Part shown: one piece after another, positions 8,858 through 23,140 of the stretch
Layout: every line of letters starts with the position of its first letter
How positions within the stretch are numbered: the first letter of the stretch is position 1
NCBI GenBank assembly: GCA_002269645.1
Contig: NIVC01001154.1
Span: 1-64,000, forward strand
Direction: 5' to 3'
DNA from: Macrostomum lignano
Taxonomy: Eukaryota
DNA length: 64,000 nt
Made by a program: the position numbers and the translations under genes
Notes under the pieces: generated by a model
Seen by the model: only the letters and a program-made list of their open reading frames with translations
Told to the model about the DNA's origin: nothing
Database searches by the model: none

Positions 8858-9085
8858 AAACTGAACTAGCAGAGAATCAGTCTAAACAGAAACCGAACTA
8901 GCAGACAATCAATCTAGAAATTCTGAACTAGCAGAGTATTAGTCTAAACAGAAACCGAACTAGCAGAAAATCAATCTAGAGACTGAACAAACAGAGGATC
9001 GGTCTAAACAGAAACCGAACTAACAATCAATCTAGAAACTAAACTATAGCGAATAGTCAATCTAAAAAAGAAAACTGAACTAGAG
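8858..9085. repeat. Degenerate array, ~30-bp halves forming a ~62-bp dimer (AAACAGAAACCGAACTAGCAGA..AATCAATCTAG)
   Basis: Recurrent GAACTAGCAGA and TCTAAACAGAAACCGAACTA words. Confidence 0.75.
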
Positions 9086-9894
9086 TAGGTGATTATCTTA
9101 CCTTGTTTAACATAGCGCTCGGCCAATTCCTGCTGACGTGATCGCTTCATTTCACTTAAGATGTAAGTATAGTTGAACAAGTAGTATAATGTAAACTTGG
9201 TTTAAGTTATTTAATATTTTCTGTGTCAGTGTGTTCGTATATATATATAGTATAAAGAAGAAGCATGTTGACGCAGTTGTTGACATAGTATCTGTAAACC
9301 ATCTGCTCAAGTTGGTGCAAAAATTCTATAGGCACTCAAGAATAGATCATTTACTATCTTTCTTCAAAAGGGTGATAATATTCACAAGTTTTCAATATTT
9401 CAAAAACACTTGAAATGTGTGAATAGCTTTGGAGTAAATTTGTCTTGAATGGAATCCTTTGAAGTGTGTTTGTGTCACCATTGCTAGAATCGGTTACTTG
9501 TATTTTGGACAGGTGGATATGCAATTCGTCTGAATAATCACGTTGCGTAAAAGATATTTAGCGTGCACATGGAATTTCAGACTGCGTGCACATGAAATTT
9601 CGGACTCTGCCATTTTTTTGGGCCTGTACTTACTATGTATTTCGCCATAAGGAAATCGGCTTTGTGTCAAAAAAACGTATACTACTCCCACCAACCACCT
9701 CATCTTCAACCCGGATCACTGCCCTGATTGCGCAACAGGCTTCCCATGTCTCCGCGATTTCAATACCCTTTTCACATTTCCTCCCATCTGCAGCGCGCGG
9801 GCATGCGATGTTCAACTCTCTCTTCTGAATAGAGAAGCTGAAACTGGATCAAATATTTTCAGCATTCCTGATGGCTGAGCTGACTCAAAACCTC

Positions 9895-12800
9895 ATCAAT
9901 CCCAAGCTTCACAATCCCGAAGCCTCACAATCCCGAAGCTTCACAACCCCCAAGCTTCACAACCCCCATGCTTCACAACCCCCAAGCTTCACAACCCCCA
10001 AGCTTCACAACCCCCAAGCTTCACAACCCCCAAGCTTCACAACCCCAAGCTTCACTACCCCCAAGCTTCACAACCCCCAAGCTTCACAACCCCAAGCTTC
10101 ACAACCCCCAAGCTTCACAACCCCCAAGCTTCACAACCCCGAAGCTTCACAACATCCAAGCTTCACAACCCCGAAGCTTCACAATCCCCAAGCTTCACAA
10201 CCCCGAAGCTTCATAACCCCCAAGCTTCACAGCCCCCAAGCTTCACAACCCCCAAGCTTCACAATATCCAAGCTTCACAACATCCAAGCTTCACAACCCC
10301 CAAGCTTCACAACCCCCAAGCTTCACAACCCCCAAGCTTCACAACCCCCAAGCTTCACAACCCCGAAGCTTCACAACATCCAAGCTTCACAACCCCGAAG
10401 CTTCACAATCCCCAAGCTTCACAACCCCGAAGCTTCATAACCCCCAAGCTTCACAGCCCCCAAGCTTCACAACCCCCAAGCTTCACAATATCCAAGCTTC
10501 ACAACATCCAAGCTTCACAACCCCCAAGCTTCACAACCCCCAAGCTTCACAACCCCCAAGCTTCACAACCCCCAAGCTTCACAACCCCCAAGCTTCACTA
10601 CCCCCAAGCTTCACAACCCCCAAGCTTCACAACCCCAAGCTTCACAACCCCCAAGCTTCACAACCCCCAAGCTTCACAACCCCGAAGCTTCACAACATCC
10701 AAGCTTCACAACCCCGAAGCTTCACAATCCCCAAGCTTCACAACCCCGAAGCTTCATAACCCCCAAGCTTCACAGCCCCCAAGCTTCACAACCCCCAAGC
10801 TTCACAATATCCAAGCTTCACAACATCCAAGCTTCACAACCCCCAAGCTTCACAACCCCCAAGCTTCACAACCCCCAAGCTTCACAACCCCCAAGCTTCA
10901 CAACCCCGAAGCTTCACAACATCCAAGCTTCACAACCCCGAAGCTTCACAATCCCCAAGCTTCACAACCCCGAAGCTTCATAACCCCCAAGCTTCACAGC
11001 CCCCAAGCTTCACAACCCCCAAGCTTCACAATATCCAAGCTTCACAACATCCAAGCTTCACAACCCCCAAGCTTCACAACCCCCAAGCTTCACAACCCCC
11101 AAGCTTCACAACCCCCAAGCTTCACAACCCCCAAGCTTCACAACCCCCAAGCTTCACAACCCCAAGCTTCATAACCCCCAAGCTTCACAACCCCCAAGCT
11201 TCACAACCCCGAAGCTTCACAACATCCAAGCTTCACAACCCCGAAGCTTCACAACATCCAAGCTTCACAATCCCTAAGCTTCACAATCCCCAAGCTTCAC
11301 AACCCCCAAGCTTCACAACCCCCAAGCTTCACAACCCCCAAGCTTCACAACCCCCAAGCTTCACTACCCCAAGCTTCACAACCCCCAAGCTTCACAACCC
11401 CAAGCTTCACAACCCCCAAGCTTCACAACCCCCAAGCTTCACAACCCCGAAGCTTCACAACATCCAAGCTTCACAACCCCGAAGCTTCACAATCCCCAAG
11501 CTTCACAACCCCGAAGCTTCATAACCCCCAAGCTTCACAGCCCCCAAGCTTCACAACCCCAAGCTTCACAATATCCAAGCTTCACAACATCCAAGCTTCA
11601 CAACCCCCAAGCTTCACAACCCCCAAGCTTCACAACCCCCAAGCTTCACAACCCCCAAGCTTCACAACCCCGAAGCTTCACAACATCCAAGCTTCACAAC
11701 CCCGAAGCTTCACAATCCCCAAGCTTCACAACCCCGAAGCTTCATAACCCCCAAGCTTCACAGCCCCCAAGCTTCACAACCCCCAAGCTTCACAATATCC
11801 AAGCTTCACAACATCCAAGCTTCACAACCCCCAAGCTTCACAACCCCCAAGCTTCACAACCCCCAAGCTTCACAACCCCCAAGCTTCACAACCCCCAAGC
11901 TTCACTACCCCCAAGCTTCACAACCCCCAAGCTTCACAACCCCAAGCTTCACAACCCCCAAGCTTCACAACCCCAAGCTTCACAACCCCGAAGCTTCACA
12001 ACATCCAAGCTTCACAACCCCGAAGCTTCACAATCCCCAAGCTTCACAACCCCGAAGCTTCATAACCCCCAAGCTTCACAGCCCCCAAGCTTCACAACCC
12101 CCAAGCTTCACAATATCCAAGCTTCACAACATCCAAGCTTCACAACCCCCAAGCTTCACAACCCCCAAGCTTCACAACCCCAAGCTTCACAACCCCCAAG
12201 CTTCACAACCCCGAAGCTTCACAACATCCAAGCTTCACAACCCCGAAGCTTCACAATCCCCAAGCTTCACAACCCCGAAGCTTCATAACCCCCAAGCTTC
12301 ACAGCCCCCAAGCTTCACAACCCCCAAGCTTCACAATATCCAAGCTTCACAACATCCAAGCTTCACAACCCCCAAGCTTCACAACCCCCAAGCTTCACAA
12401 CCCCAAGCTTCACAACCCCCAAGCTTCACAACCCCCAAGCTTCACAACCCCCAAGCTTCACAACCCCAAGCTTCATAACCCCCAAGCTTCACAACCCCCA
12501 AGCTTCACAACCCCGAAGCTTCACAACATCCAAGCTTCACAACCCCGAAGCTTCACAACATCCAAGCTTCACAATCCCTAAGCTTCACAATCCCCAAGCT
12601 TCACAACCCCCAAGCTTCACAACCCCCAAGCTTCACAACCCCCAAGCTTCACAACCCCCAAGCTTCACAACCCCCAAGCTTCACAACCCCAAGCTTCACA
12701 ACCCCCAAGCTTCACAATCCCCAAGCTTCACAACCCCCAAGCTTCACAACCCCCAAGCTTCACAACCCCCAAGCTTCACAACCCCCAAGCTTCACAACCC

Positions 12801-13460
12801 CAAGCTTCACAACCCCCAAGCTTCACAACCCCCAAGCTTCACAATCCCCAAGCTTCACAACCCCCAAGCTTCACAACCCCCAAGCTTCACAACCCCCAAG
12901 CTTCACAATCCCCAAGCTTCACAACCCCCAAGCTTCACAACCCCCAAGCTTCACAACCCCCAAGCTTCACAACCCCCAAGCTTCACAACCCCCAAGCTTC
13001 ACAATCCCCAAGCTTCACTACCCCCAAGCTTCACAACCCCCAAGCTTCACAACCCCCAAGCTTCACAACCCCCAAGCTTCACAACCCCCAAGCTTCACAA
13101 CCCCCAAGCTTCACAACCCCCAAGCTTCACAACCCCCAAGCTTCACAACCCCCAAGCTTCACAACCCCCAAGCTTCACAACCCCCAAGCTTCACAACCCC
13201 CAAGCTTCACAACCCCCAAGCTTCACAACCCCCAAGCTTCACAACCCCCAAGCTTCACAACCCCAAGCTTCACAATCCCCAAGCTTCACAACCCCCAAGC
13301 TTCACAACCCCCAAGCTTCACAACCCCCAAGCTTCACAACCCCCAAGCTTCACAACCCCCAAGCTTCACAACCCCCAAGTTTCACAACCCCCAAGCTTCA
13401 CAACCCCAAGCTTCACAACCCCCAAGCTTCACAACCCCCAAGCTTCACAATTTCGAAGCT
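9895..13460. repeat. 16-bp minisatellite (CCCCCAAGCTTCACAA, HindIII site) with higher-order structure
   Basis: Continuous ~3.5 kb array; CATA variants recur at ~224 and ~541 bp spacing. Confidence 0.98.
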
Positions 13461-14249
13461 TCCCAACTTTAAATTTAAACTTGAAATCCAGATGAACCGA
13501 CTAAATGATTGGAGGACCCATACAGGTCTATTGGCTGTGGAATTCCGGAAGTTCTGACTAAAATAAAAGCAAGAATGACACTCTGAACTCAGCCCAAAGC
13601 GGCTTCTGAGTCTTGACATGCATTTTTATTGCTCCATTTTGCTGGTTCGTGGTTTATATAAATAATCTATAGGTCGTATTTTTGTGCTAATTTAACTACT
13701 AAAAAGTCACCTGTGAGCAGTATGAATTCCGGAATATGTTTCCAAAAATTTCGCCTACTTTTATTGATCTTTTTTATCATAGTAATAATCTGAAAAAAAG
13801 TGAATACCCAACAACTAGAAAGCAAAATAATCACCAAAAAAGGCAACAAAAAACCGAATTGATAAAGATCAAACTCATTGAATTTGAAACTCATGAAGTA
13901 TTCATATTGATGATGGTGTATTTATGATATAACTGCGCTACAAGAAGGTTTTGGGCAAATGGAGTCCATCATAAAATTGTTGCATATGATATGATTGTAA
14001 GCAATAATTAGTTAACAAAGCAAAACGTGTAACAATGGTCAAAGATTTACATGCAAAGTATAATTTTAAAAATATTTGCGTCACGAAATCTTCATTTTAG
14101 CTACTTAAACGACAAGCCATGTAAGCAATTCTTTTTGGCAGTGACTTGAGTGAGGAATAACTGATAAATATGAGCTATTTTGCATTTCAAATCCATCAAT
14201 TTTGATTACGCATCAAGGATAGCTTAGGTTTACTAGACTGCAAAAGTGC

Positions 14250-15690
14250 ACTCTCACACTGTACACAGTCACTCTGACTAGTCACTCTCACACTGTACAC
14301 AGTCACTCCGACTAAGCACTCTCACACTGTAAACAGTCACTCTGACTAGTCACTCTCAAACTGTAAACAGTCACTCCGACTAAGCACTCTCACACTGTAA
14401 ACAGTCACTCTGACTAGTCACTCTCACACTGTAAACAGTCACTCTGACTAGTCACTCTCACACTGTACACAGTCACTCCGACTAAGCACTCTCACACTGT
14501 AAACAGTCACTCTGACTAGTCACTCTCACACTGTAAACAGTCACTCCGACTAAGCACTCTCACACTGTAAACAGTCACTCTGACTAGTCACTCTCACACT
14601 GTAAACAGTCACTCTGACTAGTCACTCTCACACTGTAAACAGTCACTCTGACTAAGCACTCTCACACTGTAAACAGTCACTCTGACTAGTCACTCTCAAA
14701 CTGTAAACAGTCACTCCGACTAAGCACTCTCACACTGTAAACAGTCACTCCGACTAAGCATTCTCACACTGTACACAGTCACTCTGACTAAGCACTCTCA
14801 CACTGAAAACAGTCACTCTGACTAAGCACTCTCACACTGTACAGTCACTCTGACTAAGCACTCTCACACTGTAAATAGTTACTCTGACTAGTCACTCTCA
14901 CACTGTAAACAGTCACTCTGACTAGTCACTCTCACACTGTAAACAGTCACTCTGACTAAGCACTCTCACACTGTAAACAGTCACTCTGACTAGTCACTCT
15001 CATACTGTAAACAGTCACTCTGACTAGTCACTCTCACACTGTAAACAGTCACTCTGACTAGTCACTCTCATACTGTACACAGTCACTCTGACTAGTCACT
15101 CTCACACTGTAAACAGTCACTCTGACTAAGCACTCTCACACTGTAAACAGTCACTCTGACTAGTCACTCTCACACTGTAAACAGTCACTCTGACTAAGCA
15201 CTCTCACACTGTAAACAGTCACTCTGACTAGTCACTCTCACACTGTAAACAGTCACTCTGACTAAGCACTCTCACACTGTACACAGTCACTCTGACTAAG
15301 CACTCTCACACTGAAAACAGTCACTCTGACTAAGCACTCTCACACTGTACAGTCACTCTGACTAAGCACTCTCACACTGTAAATAGTTACTCTGACTAGT
15401 CACTCTCACACTGTAAACAGTCACTCTGACTAGTCACTCTCACACTGTAAACAGTCACTCTGACTAAGCACTCTCACACTGTAAACAGTCACTCTGACTA
15501 AGCACTCTCACACTGTAAATAGTCACTCTGACTAAGCATTCTCACACTGAAAACAGTCACTCCGACTAAGCACTCTCACCCTGTACACAGTCACTCTGAC
15601 TAAGCACTCTCACACTGTACAAGTCACTCTGACTAAGCACTCTCACACTGTACAAGTCACTCTGACTAAGCACTCTCACAGTCACTCTCA
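14250..15690. repeat. 34-bp minisatellite (CACTCTCACACTGTAAACAGTCACTCTGACTAGT / ...GACTAAG)
   Basis: Direct reading; ends about 15 bp from the bHLH stop codon. Confidence 0.97.
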
Positions 15691-15702
15691 CAGAAAACAC
15701 AC

Positions 15703-16662
15703 TCAATCGGTCAGCGGCACGGCCAGCTCCTTGCGCTGGACCAGCTGCAGCAGGCTCTGATAATTAACGCTAGACTCCGTGTCGACGCCGCTATCAAACT
15801 CGTGCAGTACCTGCTGCAGCAGTTGAATGTACTCAATTGTGATTCGAAGTGTTTTCACCTTTGATAGACGCTTGTTGCGCTTCTCGTACGGGATGTACCT
15901 GCGGGGCAAGGGTTGGCGCAGTCTGTATATAAAGTTTTAAAAGGACGTCTTGAACTATAGTTTATACGAGGTAATGTGTTTTTCTAGTCAATATTAATCG
16001 AAGCCATGCAATATTGATAATATTTTAAATTTATATTCATACTTATTCATCATTTAAAAGAATTATAGGGAGAGAAAGAAATCTAGGTGGGTATCGGTTA
16101 ATTCTGATGTTTACAACTTTATTCTATGGGGTATTCTCATTTCTCAAGGCGATTTTTGTAAGGGTATTCTTAGGTTTATTTTGGGGGTATTTATTCTTAG
16201 GGTATTTTTGATGGTATTCTAGTGGTATATTGGGGGTATTCTCGGGCGATTTTCAGGCGCATTCTTAGCGGAAATATTTAGCAAAGAGAGGGGTATTATG
16301 GGGACAATAAGGGATAGATAATATCGTAACTGTCATGGCTTCAGATCCAACAGAACAGCAAACAGAACAGCAAACAGAACAGCGAACAGAACAACAAACA
16401 GAACAGCAAACAGAACAGCAAACAGAACAGCGAACAGAACAACAAACAGAACAGCAAACAGAACAGCAAACAGAACAGCAAACAGAACAGCGAACAGAAC
16501 AACAAACAGAACAGCAAACAGAACAACAAACAGAACAGCAAACAGAACAGCTGAAAAGAAAACTCACTTCCTCAGCCTGGCAAACGCCGAGTTCACCGCT
16601 TCAACTCTGCGCCGCTCCCTGGCGTTCCTCTTCGCCACCATCAACGGCGTCTTCACTTTCGT

Positions 16663-16700
<38 letters not shown>

Positions 16701-17319
16701 TAACAGACCCTGGCGTCGCAGCCTCGCCGCCGCAAGGCGCGGAGGCCGACTTTGTCAGCTTTCGATTATTCCTGCCCGAGCAGCCGCCTGTAGCCGGGAC
16801 GGTGGCCGAGGAGGCGGCGCAGGGGTATAAAGGAGGCGAAGCCCCGGTCAGCAGCGAGGAGGAGACACTTGACGTCGAGTCTGTCGGGAGCCGCGGCTGC
16901 TGCTGCTGGACCTCATCGTCGTCCTCGGCTGTCCCGGCGGCCAGCAAGAAGCCACCACCGGAGCAGTCGGAGGCCTCGGCAGGGGAGGCCAGATAGGCCA
17001 CTGGGCTGGACGAGTAGCCAGCTGAGCAGGTTGGCAAACTGTTTGCGAAGATTGGCGGCTGCTGCTGCTGCTGGTACTGGAGCTGCTGGTACAGCTGGTG
17101 CTGTTCATCAAAGTCAGCCAACTGGTGCTGATACTGCTGGGGATGCTGCGGCAGCAGAAGCTCACCCTGATGATGAAGCACCTGACAGGTTGGCTGATTG
17201 ATGTAGATAAAATCAGAGCCGGGCAGAGGCTGAGGCTGGCTATGCCAGTGCGGATAAACTCCGCTGTCACCGCAGCCGCTCAGATACAAAATTCCACATT
17301 TGCTGTCAACATCCGCCAT
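15703..17319 (-). CDS. ASCL: Achaete-scute-superfamily bHLH transcription factor; exons 17319-16568 and 15898-15703
   Basis: Spliced bHLH VAKRNARERRRVEAVNSAFARLRK|YIPYEKRNKRLSKVKTLRITIEYIQLLQQVL; donor GTGAGT at 16567 and acceptor CAG at 15901-15899 join AA+G = Lys in frame. Subfamily unresolved. Confidence 0.88.
16345..16550. repeat. 12-bp minisatellite (ACAGAACAGCAA) in the bHLH intron
   Basis: Direct reading; starts about 15 bp from the splice donor. Confidence 0.95.
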
Positions 17320-18489
17320 GCTGTGTTAACTTTTGCTGCTCTGCTAATAACTCACTGGGGGGGGGATTAATGCTAGGGAGGGTGCTTGCAGTTTGTGCTG
17401 GCAGTTTTCTATCCGGGCAAGTTTGTCGCGGGTGCTGTCTCCGCCCCGCGGGCCGGTCGCGCTGCTCTCATTGGTCCGCTGACTGGTGGCGGCGGGCCTG
17501 CAGCCACCCCCACCACCCCCTCCCTGTCCCCCCGGCTCAAGTCATCAAGGAGTTGGAAAATCCAGTCAACACTTGGACTGGAGACCGCCAGTTCTGTCTG
17601 TCTACTTAAGTTTATTAAGTCCATTTTTCCAAGTGGTTGGGGTCAGATGACTCCCGTTTTGACCCCCTCCCCTAGATCTAAGGGTCATGGCGACCCCGTT
17701 GTTGACTTCTGAAGTTGTGTATTCAACCAAAAAGCAATGAGATACTTAGTGTCTTAGCCCATCAACTATAATAAATAATAATAATAATAATAATAATATT
17801 TCTTTTGTAGAGTTCATTTCGTCTGTTAACTTCATCATTTCTCTTACGTTTACGTTTAAAAAGCTTATAAACTGTGTTTCTATCAATATTTTCTGTTTTA
17901 GAATATTTTAGCTTTCGAACTTCATGAATTTTCCGATTGGCCTGCAAGGGCAGCGATCGGGCAGAGGGGGCCGGCCACAAGCAATGGGAGAAAAATCACC
18001 TGCTCCTTTCTTTTTCACTCGTGCCTGACTTGCTTCCTTTTTTAACTGCCTAGTGCTGCTGCAGAACTCAGTTGCTTATAACTCAACCGAGTCCACTCAC
18101 TGTCTTCTATAAGCACCCACTCCCAGTTCTCAACCAAGGAAATAATTTTGTTATATTGACTGGAAGATCATTGGGTCCTGATACGATCTTGCTATACTGG
18201 CCACTTCTTGAATATAGAATTCAAATTTATTCTATGCATAGTTTATATTAGCTATGCATAGCCAAGTTTGTTTTAAACAATAAATGACAGACTTTAAACT
18301 ACAGCAGCGGCAGAGGCTTAAATTTATACCTTTAAACGCTGCAAACTAGAGGGGAGTGAATAGAGAGGGAATAGGGGGAGTCAGAGAAGAGGAAAGAGAC
18401 GAGATGAGAGAAGACAGAAGAGAGCAGAGAAGAGACAAACATTGAGCAGGCCGGATTGCTATTGTGAAGTTTTCTATGGGGAGCTGATG

Positions 18490-19215
18490 GAGAATTGATA
18501 GTTGATGGGGGGTTGATGGGGGAGAGTTGACGGGGAGACTTGATGGGGGAGAGTTGATGGGGGAGACTTGATGGGGGAGACTTGATGGGGCAGACTTGAT
18601 GGGGGAGAGTTGATGGGGGAGACTTGATGGGGAGAGTTGATGGGGGAGAGTTGATGAGGGAGAATTGATGGGGGAGAGTTGATGGGGGAGAGTTGATGGG
18701 GAGAGTTGATGGGGCAGACTTGATGGGGGAGAGTTGATGGGGGAGAGTTGATGAGGGAGAATTGATGGGGGAGAGTTGATGGGGGAGACTTGAAGGGGGG
18801 AGACTTGATGGGGGAGACTTGATGGGGCAGACTTGATGGGGGAGAGTTGATGGGGAGACTTGATGGGGAGAGTTGATGGGGAGAGTTGATGAGGGAGAAT
18901 TGATGGGGAGAGTTGATGGGGGAGAGTTGATGGGCAGACTTGATGGGGGAGAGTTGATGGGGGAGAGTTGATGAGGGAGAATTGATGGGGAGAGTTGATG
19001 GGGGAGACTTGATGGGGGAGACTTGATGGGGAGACTTGATGGGGCAGACTTGATGGGGGAGAGTTGATGGGGGAGACTTGATGGGGGAGAGTTGACGGGG
19101 AGACTTGATGGGGCAGACTTGATGGGGCAGACTTGATGGGGGAGAGTTGATGGGGGAGAGTTGATGGGGGGAGAGTTGATGGGGGAGAGTTGATGGGGAG
19201 GTTAATGGGGGAGGC
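18490..19215. repeat. G-rich 14-15 bp minisatellite (GATGGGGGAGAGTT / GATGGGGGAGACTT)
   Basis: Direct reading. Confidence 0.95.
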
Positions 19216-19549
19216 TAGTGGGCCTGAAGGATGGAGTTGAAAGGGATCGACAGCGACTAGAGGTGAATGAGTTAGGAGGCTGGTTTTGGAAGCATGCAAT
19301 GGTACTCATAAGCATGACCAATACAAGCTACCAACCAACAATATAGGTAAGTAGCACTAATAGAACATAACAATCGTAACATGCACGAATGAACTATAAT
19401 AACAGCTGTAAAACACTCACACTCACAAGGTCTCACACAGCCCAGTGTGAACAAATAGGAGAAAAGCGGGATGTAAAGGATAAGAGCTCACTTCTTATGC
19501 TCCATAGCAGCGCTGTCTCGCTGGTCTATGACGCAAAATCAATAACCAC

Positions 19550-22247
19550 TGTGTCTTAGATGGGCGCTATTGTGCCTTTAGATGGGCGCCACTGTCTCTT
19601 TAGATGGGCGCCACTGTGTCTTTAGATGGGCGCCACTGTGTCTTAGATGGGCGCTATTGTGCTTTAGATGGGCACCACTGTCTCTTTAGATGGGCGCCAC
19701 TGTCTCTTTAGATGGGCGCCACTGTCTCTTTAGATGGGCGCCACTGTGTCTTAGATGGGCGCTATTGTGCTTTAGATGGGCGCCACTGTGTCTTTAGATG
19801 GGCGCCACTGTCTCTTTAGATGGGCGCCACTGTGTCTTAGATGGGCGCTATTGTGCTTTAGATGGGCGCCACTGTCTCTTTAGATGGGCGCCACTGTCTC
19901 TTTAGATGGGCGCCACTGTCTCTTTAGATGGGCGCCACTGTCTCTTTAGATGGGCGCCACTGTCTCTTTAGATGGGCGCCACTGTCTCTTTAGATGGGCG
20001 CCACTGTCTCTTTAGATGGGCGCCACTGTCTCTTTAGATGGGCGCCACTGTGTCTTTAGATGGGCGCCACTGTCTCTTTAGATGGGCGCCACTGTGTCTT
20101 TAGATGGGCGCCACTGTGTCTTTAGATGGGCGCCACTGTGTCTTTAGATGGGCGCCACTGTGTCTTTAGATGGGCGCCACTGTGTCTTTAGATGGGCGCC
20201 ACTGTGTCTTAGATGGGCGCTATTGTGCTTTAGATGGGCGCCACTATCTCTTTAGATGGGCGCCACTGTGTCTTTAGATGGGCGCTATTGTGCCTTTAGA
20301 TGGGCGCCACTGTCTCTTTAGATGGGCGCCACTGTCTCTTTAGATGGGCGCCACTGTCTCTTTAGATGGGCGCCACTGTCTCTTTAGATGGGCGCCACTG
20401 TCTCTTTAGATGGGCGCCACTGTGTCTTTAGATGGGCGCCACTGTCTCTTTAGATGGGCGCCACTGTGTCTTTAGATGGGCGCCACTGTGTCTTTAGATG
20501 GGCGCCACTGTGTCTTTAGATGGGCGCCACTGTGTCTTTAGATGGGCGCCACTGTGTCTTTAGATGGGCGCCACTGTGTCTTAGATGGGCGCTATTGTGC
20601 TTTAGATGGGCGCCACTATCTCTTTAGATGGGCGCCACTGTGTCTTTAGATGGGCGCTATTGTGCCTTTAGATGGGCGCCACTGTCTCTTTAGATGGGCG
20701 CCACTGTGTCTTTAGATGGGCGCCACTGTGTCTTTAGATGGGCGCCACTGTGTCTTTAGATGGGCGCCACTGTCTCTTTAGATGGGCGCCACTGTCTCTT
20801 TAGATGGGCGCCACTGTCTCTTTAGATGGGCGCCACTGTCTCTTTAGATGGGCGTCACAGTCTCTTTAGATGGGCGCCACTGTCTCTTTAGATGGGCGCC
20901 ACTGTCTCTTTAGATGGGCGCCACTGTCTCTTTAGATGGGCGCCACTGTCTCTTTAGATGGGCGCCACTGTCTCTTTAGATGGGCGCCACTGTCTCTTTA
21001 GATGGGCGCCACTGTCTCTTTAGATGGGCGCCACTGTCTCTTTAGATGGGCGCCACTGTCTCTTTAGATGGGCGCCACTGTCTCTTTAGATGGGCGCCAC
21101 TGTGTCTTTAGATGGGCGCCACTTTCTCTTTAGATGGGCGCCACTGTCTCTTTAGATGGGCGCCACTGTCTCTTTAGATGGGCGCCACTGTCTCTTTAGA
21201 TGGGCGCCACTGTCTCTTTAGATGGGCGCCACTGTGTCTTTAGATGGGCGCCACTGTGTCTTTAGATGGGCGCCACTGTGTCTTTAGATGGGCGCCACTG
21301 TGTCTTTAGATGGGCGCCACTGTGTCTTTAGATGGGCGCCACTGTGTCTTTAGATGGGCGCCACTGTGTCTTTAGATGGGCGCCACTGTGTCTTTAGATG
21401 GGCGCCACTGTGTCTTAGATGGGCGCTATTGTGCTTTAGATGGGCGCCACTATCTCTTTAGATGGGCGCCACTGTGTCTTTAGATGGGCGCTATTGTGCC
21501 TTTAGATGGGCGCCACTGTCTCTTTAGATGGGCGCCACTGTGTCTTTAGATGGGCGCCACTGTGTCTTTAGATGGGCGCCACTGTCTCTTTAGATGGGCG
21601 CCACTGTCTCTTTAGATGGGCGCCACTGTCTCTTTAGATGGGCGCCACTGTGTCTTTAGATGGGCGCCACTTTCTCTTTAGATGGGCGCCACTGTCTCTT
21701 TAGATGGGCGCCACTGTCTCTTTAGATGGGCGCCACTGTCTCTTTAGATGGGCGCCACTGTGTCTTTAGATGGGCGCTATTGTGCTTTAGATGGGCGCCA
21801 CTGTCTCTTTAGATGGGCGCCACTGTCTCTTTAGATGGGCGCCACTGTCTCTTTAGATGGGCGCCACTGTCTCTTTAGATGGGCGCCACTGTCTCTTTAG
21901 ATGGGCGCCACTGTCTCTTTAGATGGGCGCCACTGTCTCTTTAGATGGGCGCCACTGTCTCTTTAGATGGGCGCCACTGTCTCTTTAGATGGGCGCCACT
22001 GTCTCTTTAGATGGCCGCCACTGTCTCTTTAGATGGGCGCCACTGTCTCTTTAGATGGGCGCCACTGTCTCTTTAGATGGGCGCCACTGTGTCTTTAGAT
22101 GGGCGCCACTGTCTCTTTAGATGGGCGCCACTGTGTCTTTAGATGGGCGCCACTGTGTCTTTAGATGGGCGCCACTGTGTCTTTAGATGGGCGCCACTGT
22201 GTCTTTAGATGGGCGCCACTGTCTCTTTAGATGGGCGCCACTGTGTC
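19550..22247. repeat. 22-bp minisatellite (TTTAGATGGGCGCCACTGTCTC, KasI/NarI core)
   Basis: Direct reading, ~2.7 kb. Confidence 0.98.
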
Positions 22248-23140
22248 TTAAGCCGGTGATGCCAACGTCCAAGCGGGAGGCAAAATTTGAGCTTCTGTCA
22301 TTCGTCGGCTGCCTCTTCTAGTTTTTGAAGGAGAGTAAATTTTATGAAGGCGGCCCCACGGCACCGTTGTTATACTTTCGGATGTTGAAGATATCCGTGT
22401 CTTGTGTTGTCCGCCCAGATAGTACAAGTACTTTCTGATCCCCCTCCAGATATTCCAAGCATCTTTAAGCATCCGGTCCGGATATCTCAAGCTACTTTGC
22501 GTTCTCTGGGGTCCGTTCCCCAGAAGTCACTAGCAGGTTGAAATATCCGGCCGAAGAACTAAGGTTTGCTTTGCGATATCCGGATTGTGAAGTCCGGGTC
22601 AAAGAACGATTTGTCAGTTGAATATTTTCAAAGCAAAGAAGCAATAAATACCAAATTGTCAAAAATTTCAAGAAACAATTGTTGTTTTGTATTTTTAATG
22701 AATTAGTTAAATTAGGAGCGTAGTTAGTTAGTAGTTATTAGTATTTAGTTAAATTAATTTGTTAGTTCAATTAGTTAAAGTCAACAGAATATTGGGGAAG
22801 CACTTTTACTACGAGTAGATTGCCAGGTTTGATTGTTTCCGCACTTTTGGCAATCCTTTGACATTAATTAAATAGCTTTTTAAATACACTGAGCATCAGA
22901 GACAATGAGTTATGCATTGCGCAATTACACTGACAATTTAGCTAGATCTCACGCTGCAAAGTACACAGCTGTTCGTATATAAGGCCGTGTGAGTCCCCGC
23001 ACATGCAACCTATAATTATTTGGCAGAGTTTTAGCCCCGAGGCTGCACACCGCTCATGTACATTTTTACCCCCGGAGATCTCAAATCAGGGAAAACGCAA
23101 GGCACGACTTATGTTATGCCTTGCGTTGTCCGGGACTGTA

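Noticed and set aside
9670-9825. Possible Maverick terminus (ACTACT at ~9677 or CTCTCT at ~9816)
   Set aside because: Short words expected by chance; the other TIR and the TSD are outside the window.
22260-22640. GC-balanced segment with short minus-strand ORF pieces, possibly a transposase relic
   Set aside because: No recognisable motif; multiple stops.
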